Positions 1-8,313 of a DNA stretch of 64,000 nt are shown here, one piece after another; positions within the stretch are counted from its first letter, which is position 1; each line of letters begins with the position of its first letter. The stretch is taken from assembly GCA_963813815.1 (NCBI GenBank), contig CAWFAD010000007.1, forward strand, positions 224,001 to 288,000. Direction: 5' to 3'. The DNA comes from an uncultured bacterium. GTDB lineage: Bacteria; Krumholzibacteriota; Krumholzibacteriia; Krumholzibacteriales; Krumholzibacteriaceae. Both the position numbers and the translations under genes were made by a program. Below the pieces are notes generated by a model. The model was given only the letters and a program-made list of their open reading frames with translations. It ran no database searches and was not told the origin of the DNA.

Positions 1-629
1 CAGCCGGCGACCGATCCCGGGCGGCGCGCGATCATTCCGGCGAGGATCTCGACGAGCCCCGCCTTCTTTCCCCGCGGAAACAGGTCTAGGGAGTCCGGGG
101 AGAGGATCGCCATGCCTGTGTATCCGAGGCGCCCGCCGCCCTCGCGCGCGGGCCCGCCGATCGAGATCACCTCGCCGGCCTCCGTGACGGCGACGTTCGC
201 GGGAGGCCCGGACGGGGCGAGAATGAGCGTGACGAGTGCTCGCCGCTCCTCGTGAAACGCGAGCGCCGGCGCGAAATCGATGTCCGCCACGGTGTCCCCG
301 TTGTGGAGCAGCACGCAGTCCGCGCCCGCGACGGCGGGCGCCATGCCGCCGATGCCTCCTCCCGTGCCGAGGATCGTCTCCTCGCGATGGAACGAGACGG
401 GGAGGTCTCGGCCCGAGGAGAACCGCTCTATCTCTCCGGCTAGGTGGTGCAGATTCGCGTGGATCGATCGCGCGCCGGCGCGCTGCAGCTTCCCGGCGAC
501 GATTTCGAGGAGCGGAATCCCGAGCACGGGGATGAGCGGTTTCGGAACGGTCCGGGTGAGGGGGAGCATCCTCTCCCCGTACCCCGCCGCGAGAATGATC
601 CCCGCGATCGTGCGCCGGTTCTCATTCAT
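1..629 (-). CDS. NDP-sugar nucleotidyltransferase, MurU/RmlA-like (3' end runs off the window)
   Basis: Manual translation from ATG 629: MNENRRTIAGIILAAGYGERMLPLTRTVPKPLIPVLG...ILGTGGG...LLHNGD. Contains the LAAGxGxR-x-PLT-xxxPKPL signature. The start overlaps the namZ-like stop (ATGAATGA). Not in the ORF track. Confidence 0.85.
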   Translation of the reverse strand, partial: MNENRRTIAGIILAAGYGERMLPLTRTVPKPLIPVLGIPLLEIVAGKLQRAGARSIHANLHHLAGEIERFSSGRDLPVSFHREETILGTGGGIGGMAPAVAGADCVLLHNGDTVADIDFAPALAFHEERRALVTLILAPSGPPANVAVTEAGEVISIGGPAREGGGRLGYTGMAILSPDSLDLFPRGKKAGLVEILAGMIARRPGSVAG

Positions 630-1797
630 AGAGTAGGCACGCCTCGCGCTCGCCGCTGAAGCGCGTTTCGTCGCGCTCCCAGGAGGCGAAAAGGCCGTTG
701 AGATCTTCGTCCCGGTCGACCGCCTCGCGAAGCGCGGAGCTTCCCGATATGATGTCGATGGGCGGGAGGTTTCGTTCGTACTCGTACGGAGGCTTTTTCC
801 AGGCGAACTCCCGGGGGCCGACGCGCCGCGCCGCGGCGATCGCGGCGGCGCCGCAGCGGACCGGCGTGAAGAGTCGCGGGTCGACGACGTGGATCTGGAC
901 TCCGCCGCACGCCTTGCCCGCGTACTTGTCCCACGTCGGGACGAAGCGGAGCGGCCGGTACGAGACTCCCGGGATCGCGAAGGCCTCGAGCTCCCTCGCG
1001 TACGCCTCGGGCTCGATCCAGGGAGCGCCGATGATCTCGAACGGCCGCGTCGTGCCGCGGCCCTCCGATACGTTCGTCCCCTCGAGCATCACCATGCCCG
1101 GATACGCGAGCGCCGTGTCGGGGGTCGGCATGTTCGGGGAGGGGAGCACCCAGGGGAGGCCCGTATCGGCGAAAAGCATGCCGCGCCGCCAACCGCGCAT
1201 GCCCACGACCCGCAAATCGCATGGGGAATCTTCGCGCGCGTTCATCCAGGCGAGCGCCTCGCCGAAGGTGAGGCCGTGCCGCATCGGGATGGGCGCGAGC
1301 CCGACGAAGGACCGGTATGCCATGTCGAGAATCGGGCCCTCGACCGCCGCTCCGCCGATGGGATTCGGCCGGTCGAGCACGATGAGGCGGAGGCCTTCGC
1401 GCGCGCACGAGCGGAGCATGAGGAGGGCCGTCCAGAGGTAGGTGTAGGGGCGCGCGCCGACGTCAGGGAGGTCGATCACGACCGTGTCGAGGCCCGCGAG
1501 CATTCCGGCGGACGGCTCCCGCCGTTCGCCGTAGAGCGAGTGCACGGGAATGCCGAGGCGCGGATGGGGAAACCCCTCCCATTCGATCATGTTCGCCTGC
1601 GTGTCGCCGAAGAGCCCGTGTTGCGGGCCGAAGATGCGCTCGATCCGTACGCCGCGGTCGAGGAGGGCGTCGACCGTGGGCCGGAGGGAGGCGGTCACGG
1701 ATGCGGGGTTGACGAGAAGACCGGCGTGCTTACCCGCGAGAAATCCGCTCGATTCGCGAACGCCGATGTCGCAGCCGGTTTCGACCACGGTCACCAT
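622..1797 (-). CDS. namZ: DUF1343/NamZ exo-beta-N-acetylmuramidase family protein
   Basis: Motifs FGPQHG, VHSLYG, DLPDVGARPYTY, LDRPNP, PMRHGLT, PSPNMP, GTNVSEGRGTTRPFE. Start taken at the internal Met (MVTVVETG). Confidence 0.88.
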   Translation of the reverse strand: MVTVVETGCDIGVRESSGFLAGKHAGLLVNPASVTASLRPTVDALLDRGVRIERIFGPQHGLFGDTQANMIEWEGFPHPRLGIPVHSLYGERREPSAGMLAGLDTVVIDLPDVGARPYTYLWTALLMLRSCAREGLRLIVLDRPNPIGGAAVEGPILDMAYRSFVGLAPIPMRHGLTFGEALAWMNAREDSPCDLRVVGMRGWRRGMLFADTGLPWVLPSPNMPTPDTALAYPGMVMLEGTNVSEGRGTTRPFEIIGAPWIEPEAYARELEAFAIPGVSYRPLRFVPTWDKYAGKACGGVQIHVVDPRLFTPVRCGAAAIAAARRVGPREFAWKKPPYEYERNLPPIDIISGSSALREAVDRDEDLNGLFASWERDETRFSGEREACLLYE

Positions 1798-1845
1798 GAT
1801 GGGCCGGGGCGGGATCCGGGCGCCCGCCCCGGCCTGACAGCGCAC

Positions 1846-3489
1846 TCAGAGGTTCCAGTCGTAAATCCTCAGGGTATCGGTGTAGCCACCGCTGTCGTTC
1901 GAGATGCGGAGAACCGGACCGACACCCGGCGCGAAATACAGTATTTGATGTGTCCCGCCCTCGTCAACCGGATTCCCGTTCTCGTACATGATCCAGTCGG
2001 CGTAGAGATGGTGCACGTAGCATCCGCGGAAGGTGCCGTAGAGCTCGCTCGACAAGAGGTCGACCTTGTTGGCCTCTATCTCGATCCGGCCGGAGAGCGT
2101 CATCGTCATATCCGGGGAGATCGTCGCGGCGGTCGAGAAGGTCCACGTGTCTCCGAGGTAGTTCTCGAGCGGGAGCCTGATGTAGAGGAGCGGGTCGTCC
2201 CAGATCATCGAGAACTGGTACACGCCGCTCTGGTACTCGTCCCGGCCGAGATGGAATATGTCGGACGCGCTTTTCCGCAGACGAACGACTTCCTGCGTCA
2301 CGGCCGATTCATCGCGGAACACTTCGTTGAACTCGCCGGTCGAGACCGAGTAGTCCTCGATGGCGCGCGTTCGGACGTTATGGCTCGGATCGATGAAGTT
2401 CCACAGGTAGCCGTTGTCGATGGGGTAGAGGGTCTGTGTCCCGGCGGTGGTGAACTCGTACTCCGTCGGGCTCGGATCGATGATGTTGCCTGCCGCGTCC
2501 GTCACGTTCCGGAACAGTACCCAGTACGTGCAGCCGGAAAGCAGCTGCGACGTCGCCGGCACGGTGACGACAGAGTAATCCGTGCTCCACGTCGGTTCCT
2601 CGCCCACCAGCTGGTTGAAGCGGGCGTCCATGTCGCTGTTGGCGATATCGAATGAATACGGATCCATCGGCTCGCTGAAGGTGAGGACCACCTGGGAGAG
2701 CCCCACCGATACCCCCGTCTGCCCATTCGCCGGGCTGGCGCTCGCGAGATAGGGGCGGGCATCGTCGCTCATCGTCGTGAAAACGAACTCGTACGGGACG
2801 GCGAGGTTGTTGCCGGCGAGATCCCGCATCGTCGTGCCGATCGTCACGGAAACGATCTGGTCGGCGGGAAACGCCGTATGGTGGATCTCCATCGTCACCG
2901 CATCCCATTCGACCCACCAATCCTCGGGTTCCGGCGCCATCGTGATCGCGGCCTGCATGTCGACGGTCTGATCCATCGGCTCGCTCCAGACGACCTCGAT
3001 CGTCTGGGTGCCGGGGACCGCCACCGCTTCGTCCGCCGGCGACGTCGATACGACCGTCGGCGGCGTGTTGTCGTCGATTGCGGTCGTCGTGAAACCGATG
3101 ACGTAGTCGGATCCGAGCAGGTTGCCGTTCTCGTCCTCCGCCTCGGCGCCGACCGTTATCGTGTAGCCCGTCGAGAGCCCGAGGAGCTCGGTGGGCGTGA
3201 TGACGAGCGTGTCGCCGTTCCAGCTCGTGTTGTAGTACACCGGGCCGGGCGAGAAGGCGATGGCGGTGTCGACGGACTCCTCGTTCATCGACTCGCTGAA
3301 CGCGATCCAGTACGGTCCGCTGCGGGTGACGTTGACGGCGCCGCTATCCGGGAAGGAAGCGAGCACCGTCGGAGGAGTTACGTCGGGCTCGGCGTCGGAC
3401 GTGCTGTCGTCGCTCGAGCACGCTGCAAGGAAAAGCGCCGCCAGCGTTGCAAGGATTGCAGCCAGCGTGCGCGTCGCGGAGTGATTCAT
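1846..3489 (-). CDS. Lipoprotein with three bacterial Ig-like (Big_5) domains and a C-terminal domain of unknown function
   Basis: Lipobox LAAC; three repeats of type D-x-TPPTV-x-S-x-P...FSE-x-M...D-x-xGN...FTT; RBS AAGGAGG upstream. Confidence 0.8.
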   Translation of the reverse strand: MNHSATRTLAAILATLAALFLAACSSDDSTSDAEPDVTPPTVLASFPDSGAVNVTRSGPYWIAFSESMNEESVDTAIAFSPGPVYYNTSWNGDTLVITPTELLGLSTGYTITVGAEAEDENGNLLGSDYVIGFTTTAIDDNTPPTVVSTSPADEAVAVPGTQTIEVVWSEPMDQTVDMQAAITMAPEPEDWWVEWDAVTMEIHHTAFPADQIVSVTIGTTMRDLAGNNLAVPYEFVFTTMSDDARPYLASASPANGQTGVSVGLSQVVLTFSEPMDPYSFDIANSDMDARFNQLVGEEPTWSTDYSVVTVPATSQLLSGCTYWVLFRNVTDAAGNIIDPSPTEYEFTTAGTQTLYPIDNGYLWNFIDPSHNVRTRAIEDYSVSTGEFNEVFRDESAVTQEVVRLRKSASDIFHLGRDEYQSGVYQFSMIWDDPLLYIRLPLENYLGDTWTFSTAATISPDMTMTLSGRIEIEANKVDLLSSELYGTFRGCYVHHLYADWIMYENGNPVDEGGTHQILYFAPGVGPVLRISNDSGGYTDTLRIYDWNL

Positions 3490-3700
3490 TTCGAACCTCC
3501 TTGTTTGTCTATCTATTGTTTTATGAGCGAGTTGCAGCTCTTGCAGCCAAATCTTTCGCCCCGGGCCGCGCCGGCCGGGCCGCGCGCCCCATCGGCTGTT
3601 GCAAGTTTCCTGCCTTCGCTATACTATCCTCCTGCATCTTCGCTCGCTTCACCGCTCGCGGGCGAACCCGGTTCGAACTCTCTTCAACGGAGGCTGGATC

Positions 3701-5299
3701 ATGCCGGCAAAGGGTTTCTGGGGACGTTCCTTGCTCCTCGCGCTCGCCGTCTTCGCCGGGTTCGCGCCCGGCTGCGCGCGGCACGACCGCCACGGACGCG
3801 GCGGCACCCTCGTCATCGGAGAGATCAACGACTACGAATCCCTCAATCCCATGGGCACGACCGACGCGCACGCCCGGGATGTCTACAACCTCATGTTCCT
3901 CAGCCTCCTCGATGAGCGTTCCGATCTCCTGACCTTCGGCCCGCGCCTCGCCGAGTCGTGGGAGTTCTCCGGGGACCGCCGCCGGCTCACGTTTCATCTG
4001 CGGCGCGACGTCGTCTGGACGGACGGCGTGCCCCTGACCTCCGCGGACGTCGCGGCGACGTTCCGCGCGCAGAAGGACACCGCGACCGCCTGGGCGAGCC
4101 TCCATCTCAAGGATCACATCGACAGCGTCACGGCGGTCGACGAATGGACCGTCGTCTATCATTTCAACGCGGTTTACCCCTACCAACTCATGGACGCGAA
4201 CGACGGCGTCATCATGCCGAAGCATATTCTCGAGACTCTCCGTCCGGAGGAGATCGGCGCGCTCGGCATCGAACGGCTGCCCTCGAACGGCCCCTTCAAG
4301 CTCGAGAGCTGGGTCAGGGGGCAGGCGCTGACGCTCGTCGCGAACGAGCGCTACTACGAGGACGGAAAGCCGTACCTCGAAAGGGTCGTTTTCAAGATAA
4401 TTCCCGATCCCGTGACGCTCGTGACTCAGCTCAAGGGCGGAGAGATCGACTGCATGGAGATGGCGCCGCCCGGCGAGATGAACGATCTCCAGAAGAATCA
4501 CCCGGAGCTCGTCGTGTACGATTTTCCCACGCGCGCCTACAACTACGTCGCCTGGAACGGCGTCCGACCCCCTTTCGACGACTTCCGCGTCCGGCGCGCG
4601 CTCACGATGGCGATCGACCGCCGCCTCATCAACGAGAATATCTACTACGGCTTCGCGGATGAGTGCACGAGCCCCTTTCCTCCGATCATCTGGGCGTACA
4701 ACCCGGAGATCGAGCCGCTCCCCTTCGACACCGCCGCGGCTCTCTCGTCGCTCGAGGCGGCGGGTTTTCGCGATCGCGACGGCGACGGCTGGCTCGACCG
4801 GGACGGAAGGCGTTTCGAGTTCGATCTCATAACGAATCACGGCAACCAGATGCGCGCGGACATGCAGGTCATGATTCAGGAGATGCTCCGGAGAGTGGGG
4901 ATCAAGGCGAATCCCGTCGCTCTCGAATGGACGGCTTTTCTCGAGCGGATCAAGCAGGGGGATTTCGACGCCCAGATCAACTCGTGGCGGGTCGGAACGA
5001 AGGCCGACCTCGCCCCGATCTGGAGCTGCGAGTCCCGCCGGGGTTACAACCGCGTCGGCTACTGCAATGCCGCCGTCGACAGCCTCAACGCCGCCGCGAC
5101 GGAGCTGCTCGATTTCGACAAGGCGAAGCCGCTCTTTTTCCGCGCCCAGCAGCTCATTTACGACGACCAGCCGTACACGTTTCTCAACGTCGTCCGCGCG
5201 CGGAACGTCGTTCACCGGCGGATCACGGTCGTGAATCCGGACGCGATCAGCATGTATCACTACCTGCAGGACTGGCGGGCAGAGGACGGGAAGGAGTGA
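3701..5299 (+). CDS. ABC transporter peptide/nickel-binding lipoprotein (SBP family 5)
   Basis: RBS GGAGG at 3689-3693; lipobox-like APGC; motifs LAESWE, TFHLRRDVVWTDG.PLTSADV, GPFK, VRRALTMAIDR. Confidence 0.92.
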   Translation: MPAKGFWGRSLLLALAVFAGFAPGCARHDRHGRGGTLVIGEINDYESLNPMGTTDAHARDVYNLMFLSLLDERSDLLTFGPRLAESWEFSGDRRRLTFHLRRDVVWTDGVPLTSADVAATFRAQKDTATAWASLHLKDHIDSVTAVDEWTVVYHFNAVYPYQLMDANDGVIMPKHILETLRPEEIGALGIERLPSNGPFKLESWVRGQALTLVANERYYEDGKPYLERVVFKIIPDPVTLVTQLKGGEIDCMEMAPPGEMNDLQKNHPELVVYDFPTRAYNYVAWNGVRPPFDDFRVRRALTMAIDRRLINENIYYGFADECTSPFPPIIWAYNPEIEPLPFDTAAALSSLEAAGFRDRDGDGWLDRDGRRFEFDLITNHGNQMRADMQVMIQEMLRRVGIKANPVALEWTAFLERIKQGDFDAQINSWRVGTKADLAPIWSCESRRGYNRVGYCNAAVDSLNAAATELLDFDKAKPLFFRAQQLIYDDQPYTFLNVVRARNVVHRRITVVNPDAISMYHYLQDWRAEDGKE

Positions 5300-5346
5300 A
5301 CGGCGCGCCGGCGCGCGGCTCGAACCGCGGCCGGCCGGCGGAACAG

Positions 5347-5775
5347 ATGATACACCGGATAGGACTCGCGGCGCTCGTCGCCGGGCTCGCCGCCCAGTTG
5401 CTCAAGCCCTTCGTGGACGCGCTCCGCACGAAACGCTTCAATCCGCTGCGCGTGCTGGACACCGGCGGCATGCCGAGCTCGCATTCGGCGGTCGTCACGG
5501 CGCTCACGGTCGGCGTCGCCGTCTATCAGGGAGTCGCCTCGCCGCTTTTCGCCGTTTCGCTCGTCATGGGCCTCTACTTCGTCTTCGAGGCGACGGGGCT
5601 CCGGCAGGAGGTCGGCAATCAGGCGCGGGTCCTGAACGAGATCGTGGAGCGGCTCACGGTGAGCCACACGCACCACGTCGCTCCCGAAGAGCTGCGCGAG
5701 CTCATCGGACACACCTGGATCGAGGTCATCGCGGGGGTTGCCGTCGGCGTTCTCGTCGTGCTCGTCATGTACTGA
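5347..5775 (+). CDS. DUF212 divergent PAP2 family membrane protein
   Basis: AQLLK, TGGMPSSHSA, GLRQEVGNQA, LRELIGHT.IEV motifs. Alternative GTG start at 5296 overlaps the upstream stop. Confidence 0.88.
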   Translation: MIHRIGLAALVAGLAAQLLKPFVDALRTKRFNPLRVLDTGGMPSSHSAVVTALTVGVAVYQGVASPLFAVSLVMGLYFVFEATGLRQEVGNQARVLNEIVERLTVSHTHHVAPEELRELIGHTWIEVIAGVAVGVLVVLVMY

Positions 5776-5826
5776 GGTCTCGGGCGCCGGAGGCGGCGCG
5801 ACCGCGCCGGGCCGCCGAAAAAATGC

Positions 5827-5856
5827 TTGACAGCCCGCCGCCGAGGTGGCCAGAAT
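5827..5856 (+). promoter_or_regulatory. Putative sigma70 promoter of the parA-CBM48 operon
   Basis: TTGACA 5827-5832, 18-nt spacer, CAGAAT 5851-5856. Confidence 0.5.
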
Positions 5857-5900
5857 CACGCCGATGAATGTGCTTGCCCGCAGTTCTGTTCGTGAGGCCC

Positions 5901-5937
5901 GGCCAGATCATCGGGGATGATGTGGCCTTTTTTGTTT
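5901..5937 (+). terminator. Intrinsic terminator-like hairpin in the parA leader
   Basis: GGCCA-G-ATCATC / GATGAT-G-TGGCC stem followed by TTTTTTGTTT. Confidence 0.6.
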
Positions 5938-5980
5938 CCGGGGGCGCCGCGCTCAGGCGCCCGGGGAGGTTCCGGCCGAC

Positions 5981-7054
5981 ATGAGAGTCATCGCTATCAT
6001 AAACCAGAAGGGGGGATGCGGTAAAACAACCGTCGCCGTCAACCTCGCGGCCGCATTCCGGGAGCTCGGGCGGAAGGTGCTCCTCGTCGATCTCGATCCG
6101 CAGGCGCACGCTTCGCTCGCCCTGAACGTCACGGCCGACGAAGTGGAGACGACGACCTACGACCTTCTCACCGATCCCCGCGTCAAGATCGCGGACGTGG
6201 CGGCGAAAGTCGACGGGGGTCTCTTCATCGTCCCCTCCTCGCCGGTTCTGAGCGCCTTCGAGCAGGAGCTCGCGGGCAAGCCGGGGCGCGAGAGCCGGCT
6301 GCTGGCGAAGCTCTCCCGCAATCCCGGCGACTACGATTACATCGTCATCGATTCTCCGCCGAGCATAGGGCTTTTGACCTTCAACGCCCTCATGGCCTCC
6401 GGCGAGGTCGTGATCCCGGTCGATCCGAGCTACTTTTCCGTTCAAGGGCTCGAAAAGCTGAGCGAGACGCTCGCGCTCCTCGAGCGCGAGACGAAGCACT
6501 CGATGACCGTGCACGTCCTCATGAGCAACGTCGAGCGCCGGACGGCCTTCAGCCGCGAGATCCTCGCCGAGGTCGAGCGCGAGTACGGATCGGTCATGCT
6601 GAGGACCATCGTCAGCCACTCCGTGCGGTACAAGGAGGCGGCCTATCGCGGCATGCCAATCTTCGGCATGAAGCACGTCGATCAGCTCCGCGAGGAGTTT
6701 CTCGCGCTCGCCGGAGAGCTCGAGTCCCGGGGCGCGACGCTCGCGGTGAAGAACCTCGACGAGTGGATGGTGCGCCTCCACGGACCCCGCCGCGTCGCCG
6801 AGGGCATCCTCTTCGTGCTGAACGCTCCGAACGCCCGCAACGTCTATCTCACCGGCGAGTTCACCAACTGGTCGAGCGAGGGGATCCGGATGGAGAAGGA
6901 CGAGCGCGCCGGGCTCTGGAAGGCCGTGTTGCACCTCGAGCCCGGAGAGTACGAGTACCGCTTTATCCTCGACGGCGTCTGGATCAAGGATCCCGACAAC
7001 ACCGATTCGGTCCTGAACGAGTTCGGCCAGGAAAACTCGCTCCTCATCGTGTAG
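5981..7054 (+). CDS. ParA/Soj-family ATPase fused to a C-terminal CBM48/AMPK-beta-type glycogen-binding domain
   Basis: Deviant Walker A KGGCGKTT, A' LLVDLDPQ, Walker B YIVIDSPP. C-terminal ~90 aa (about 6782-7051): VYLTGEFTNW...W...LEPGEYEYRFILDGVWIKDPDN...NEFGQENS. Confidence 0.9.
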   Translation: MRVIAIINQKGGCGKTTVAVNLAAAFRELGRKVLLVDLDPQAHASLALNVTADEVETTTYDLLTDPRVKIADVAAKVDGGLFIVPSSPVLSAFEQELAGKPGRESRLLAKLSRNPGDYDYIVIDSPPSIGLLTFNALMASGEVVIPVDPSYFSVQGLEKLSETLALLERETKHSMTVHVLMSNVERRTAFSREILAEVEREYGSVMLRTIVSHSVRYKEAAYRGMPIFGMKHVDQLREEFLALAGELESRGATLAVKNLDEWMVRLHGPRRVAEGILFVLNAPNARNVYLTGEFTNWSSEGIRMEKDERAGLWKAVLHLEPGEYEYRFILDGVWIKDPDNTDSVLNEFGQENSLLIV

Positions 7055-7058
7055 TCCT

Positions 7059-7853
7059 ATGGCAACGCGACGCCAACCCCGCACGCTGCAGCAGGTCTCC
7101 CATCTCTTCCTGTCGTCGGGAGCGGACGCGGCGGAGCGCGGGCGGGCCCGGGCGGAGGGGATCGTGTGGATCGTGGCCGCCGGCAGGTCGGCGAACCGGG
7201 CGCATCTCGCCGCGGGTGCCGCGGCGGCTCTCGCCCGGCAGAACACGGCCGTATCGGTGTGCGAGCTCTCCGGCAATCTCCCCAACGTCGGATACTATTT
7301 CGGTCTCGAGCCGGCCGACTATCTCGCCACCGCCATCGATCGAAAGGCGCTCGTGACCGGGACGTGGAACGGCTCCGTGCGCTTCGCCTCCTCTCCGACG
7401 GGGGCGTCGCTCGCCTCCTACGGCGGGGTCGAGCCGCAGCGGGAACGGCCGCACGTCGTCGTCGCGGCGGCGACGGCCGCCGGGGGATCGGTTTCGCGCC
7501 TCTCGGAGGTCCTCGAGTCCTTCCTCGGGGCGTTCTCCTTGCGGGCGCGCGAGGGCCCCGCGAGGCCCGATGCGATCCTCGTCGCCTCGGGGGAGGAAGC
7601 GGGGATGCGCGAGCGGGAGATGGCGGAAGTCCTTCGGGCAAGGCAGCCCGAAGCCCTGCTCCTGTTTCTGGGGCGCGCCGCCGCTCCCCGCCCCCTCTGG
7701 GCGGACGAGCGTTTCGTCCTTCCGGATGATCTCGCTCGGACGTCCCATCGCCGCTCGCCTCCCGAGTCGCCATGGTTCGGCGAGCTCGCCGCGTTCCTCG
7801 TGCAACGGCTCGGCTCGCGCCGAAGGAGGAGCGCCGGTGCGGTCAACGAATAG
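7059..7853 (+). CDS. Degenerate MinD/FlhG/ParA-like protein (probable pseudo-ATPase)
   Basis: Starts 4 nt after the parA stop. IVWIVAAGRSANRAHLAAGAAAALARQNTAVSVCELSGNLPNVGYYFG follows the beta1/P-loop/helix/beta2/'DLGLPN' pattern of MinD/FlhG but lacks GKT. Confidence 0.6.
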   Translation: MATRRQPRTLQQVSHLFLSSGADAAERGRARAEGIVWIVAAGRSANRAHLAAGAAAALARQNTAVSVCELSGNLPNVGYYFGLEPADYLATAIDRKALVTGTWNGSVRFASSPTGASLASYGGVEPQRERPHVVVAAATAAGGSVSRLSEVLESFLGAFSLRAREGPARPDAILVASGEEAGMREREMAEVLRARQPEALLLFLGRAAAPRPLWADERFVLPDDLARTSHRRSPPESPWFGELAAFLVQRLGSRRRRSAGAVNE

Positions 7854-8211
7854 CTCTTCCGCGGGAGCGGCGGCGATCCTCGTCCTCGGTAGGCGGATCG
7901 CGGCGCCGGAGCCTCGCCGCCTGTTCGCGGCGTTCTGCCGCGAGGTGTCGCGGTTTTCGGATTCGATGCGGACGGAGGTTGCGCCGTTCGACATCACGTT
8001 CCGGGACGCCGCGGATTTTTCGATCACCGTCTCGCCGCTTCGCGATCTCTTCATCGTCTCCCTCGGCGAGGACCGCTCTTCGGACATCAGGGTATCCTCT
8101 CGCGAGAGCTTCTGCTTCGCGCTCGACAGCGCGCTGCGGCGGCGTCTCGCCGCCACGGCCGGGGGCGAGAGCGCCCGCGGCCTGCCGATCGACCCGGCCC
8201 GCTCGGAGTGA
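7837..8211 (+). CDS. Small hypothetical protein (124 aa), weakly DUF5655/YjbR-like
   Basis: Strong RBS AAGGAGGA at 7823-7830, GTG at 7837 in the 7570..8211 frame, overlapping the upstream stop. Confidence 0.6.
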   Translation: MRSTNSSSAGAAAILVLGRRIAAPEPRRLFAAFCREVSRFSDSMRTEVAPFDITFRDAADFSITVSPLRDLFIVSLGEDRSSDIRVSSRESFCFALDSALRRRLAATAGGESARGLPIDPARSE

Positions 8212-8313
8212 GCCCCGGAATTTTGCGCCTCGAGCCGTCCCGCGCACAAAATCGCTTTCGCTCGCATTGCGGAGTTATTATGTTATGGAAGGGGCAAGGA
8301 GCATGGAGGTGGG

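Noticed and set aside
5981..7054. ParA as a marker of a plasmid, prophage or chromosomal parABS locus
   Set aside because: No parB, parS palindrome, rep or integrase seen; the context is chromosomal housekeeping with uniform composition.
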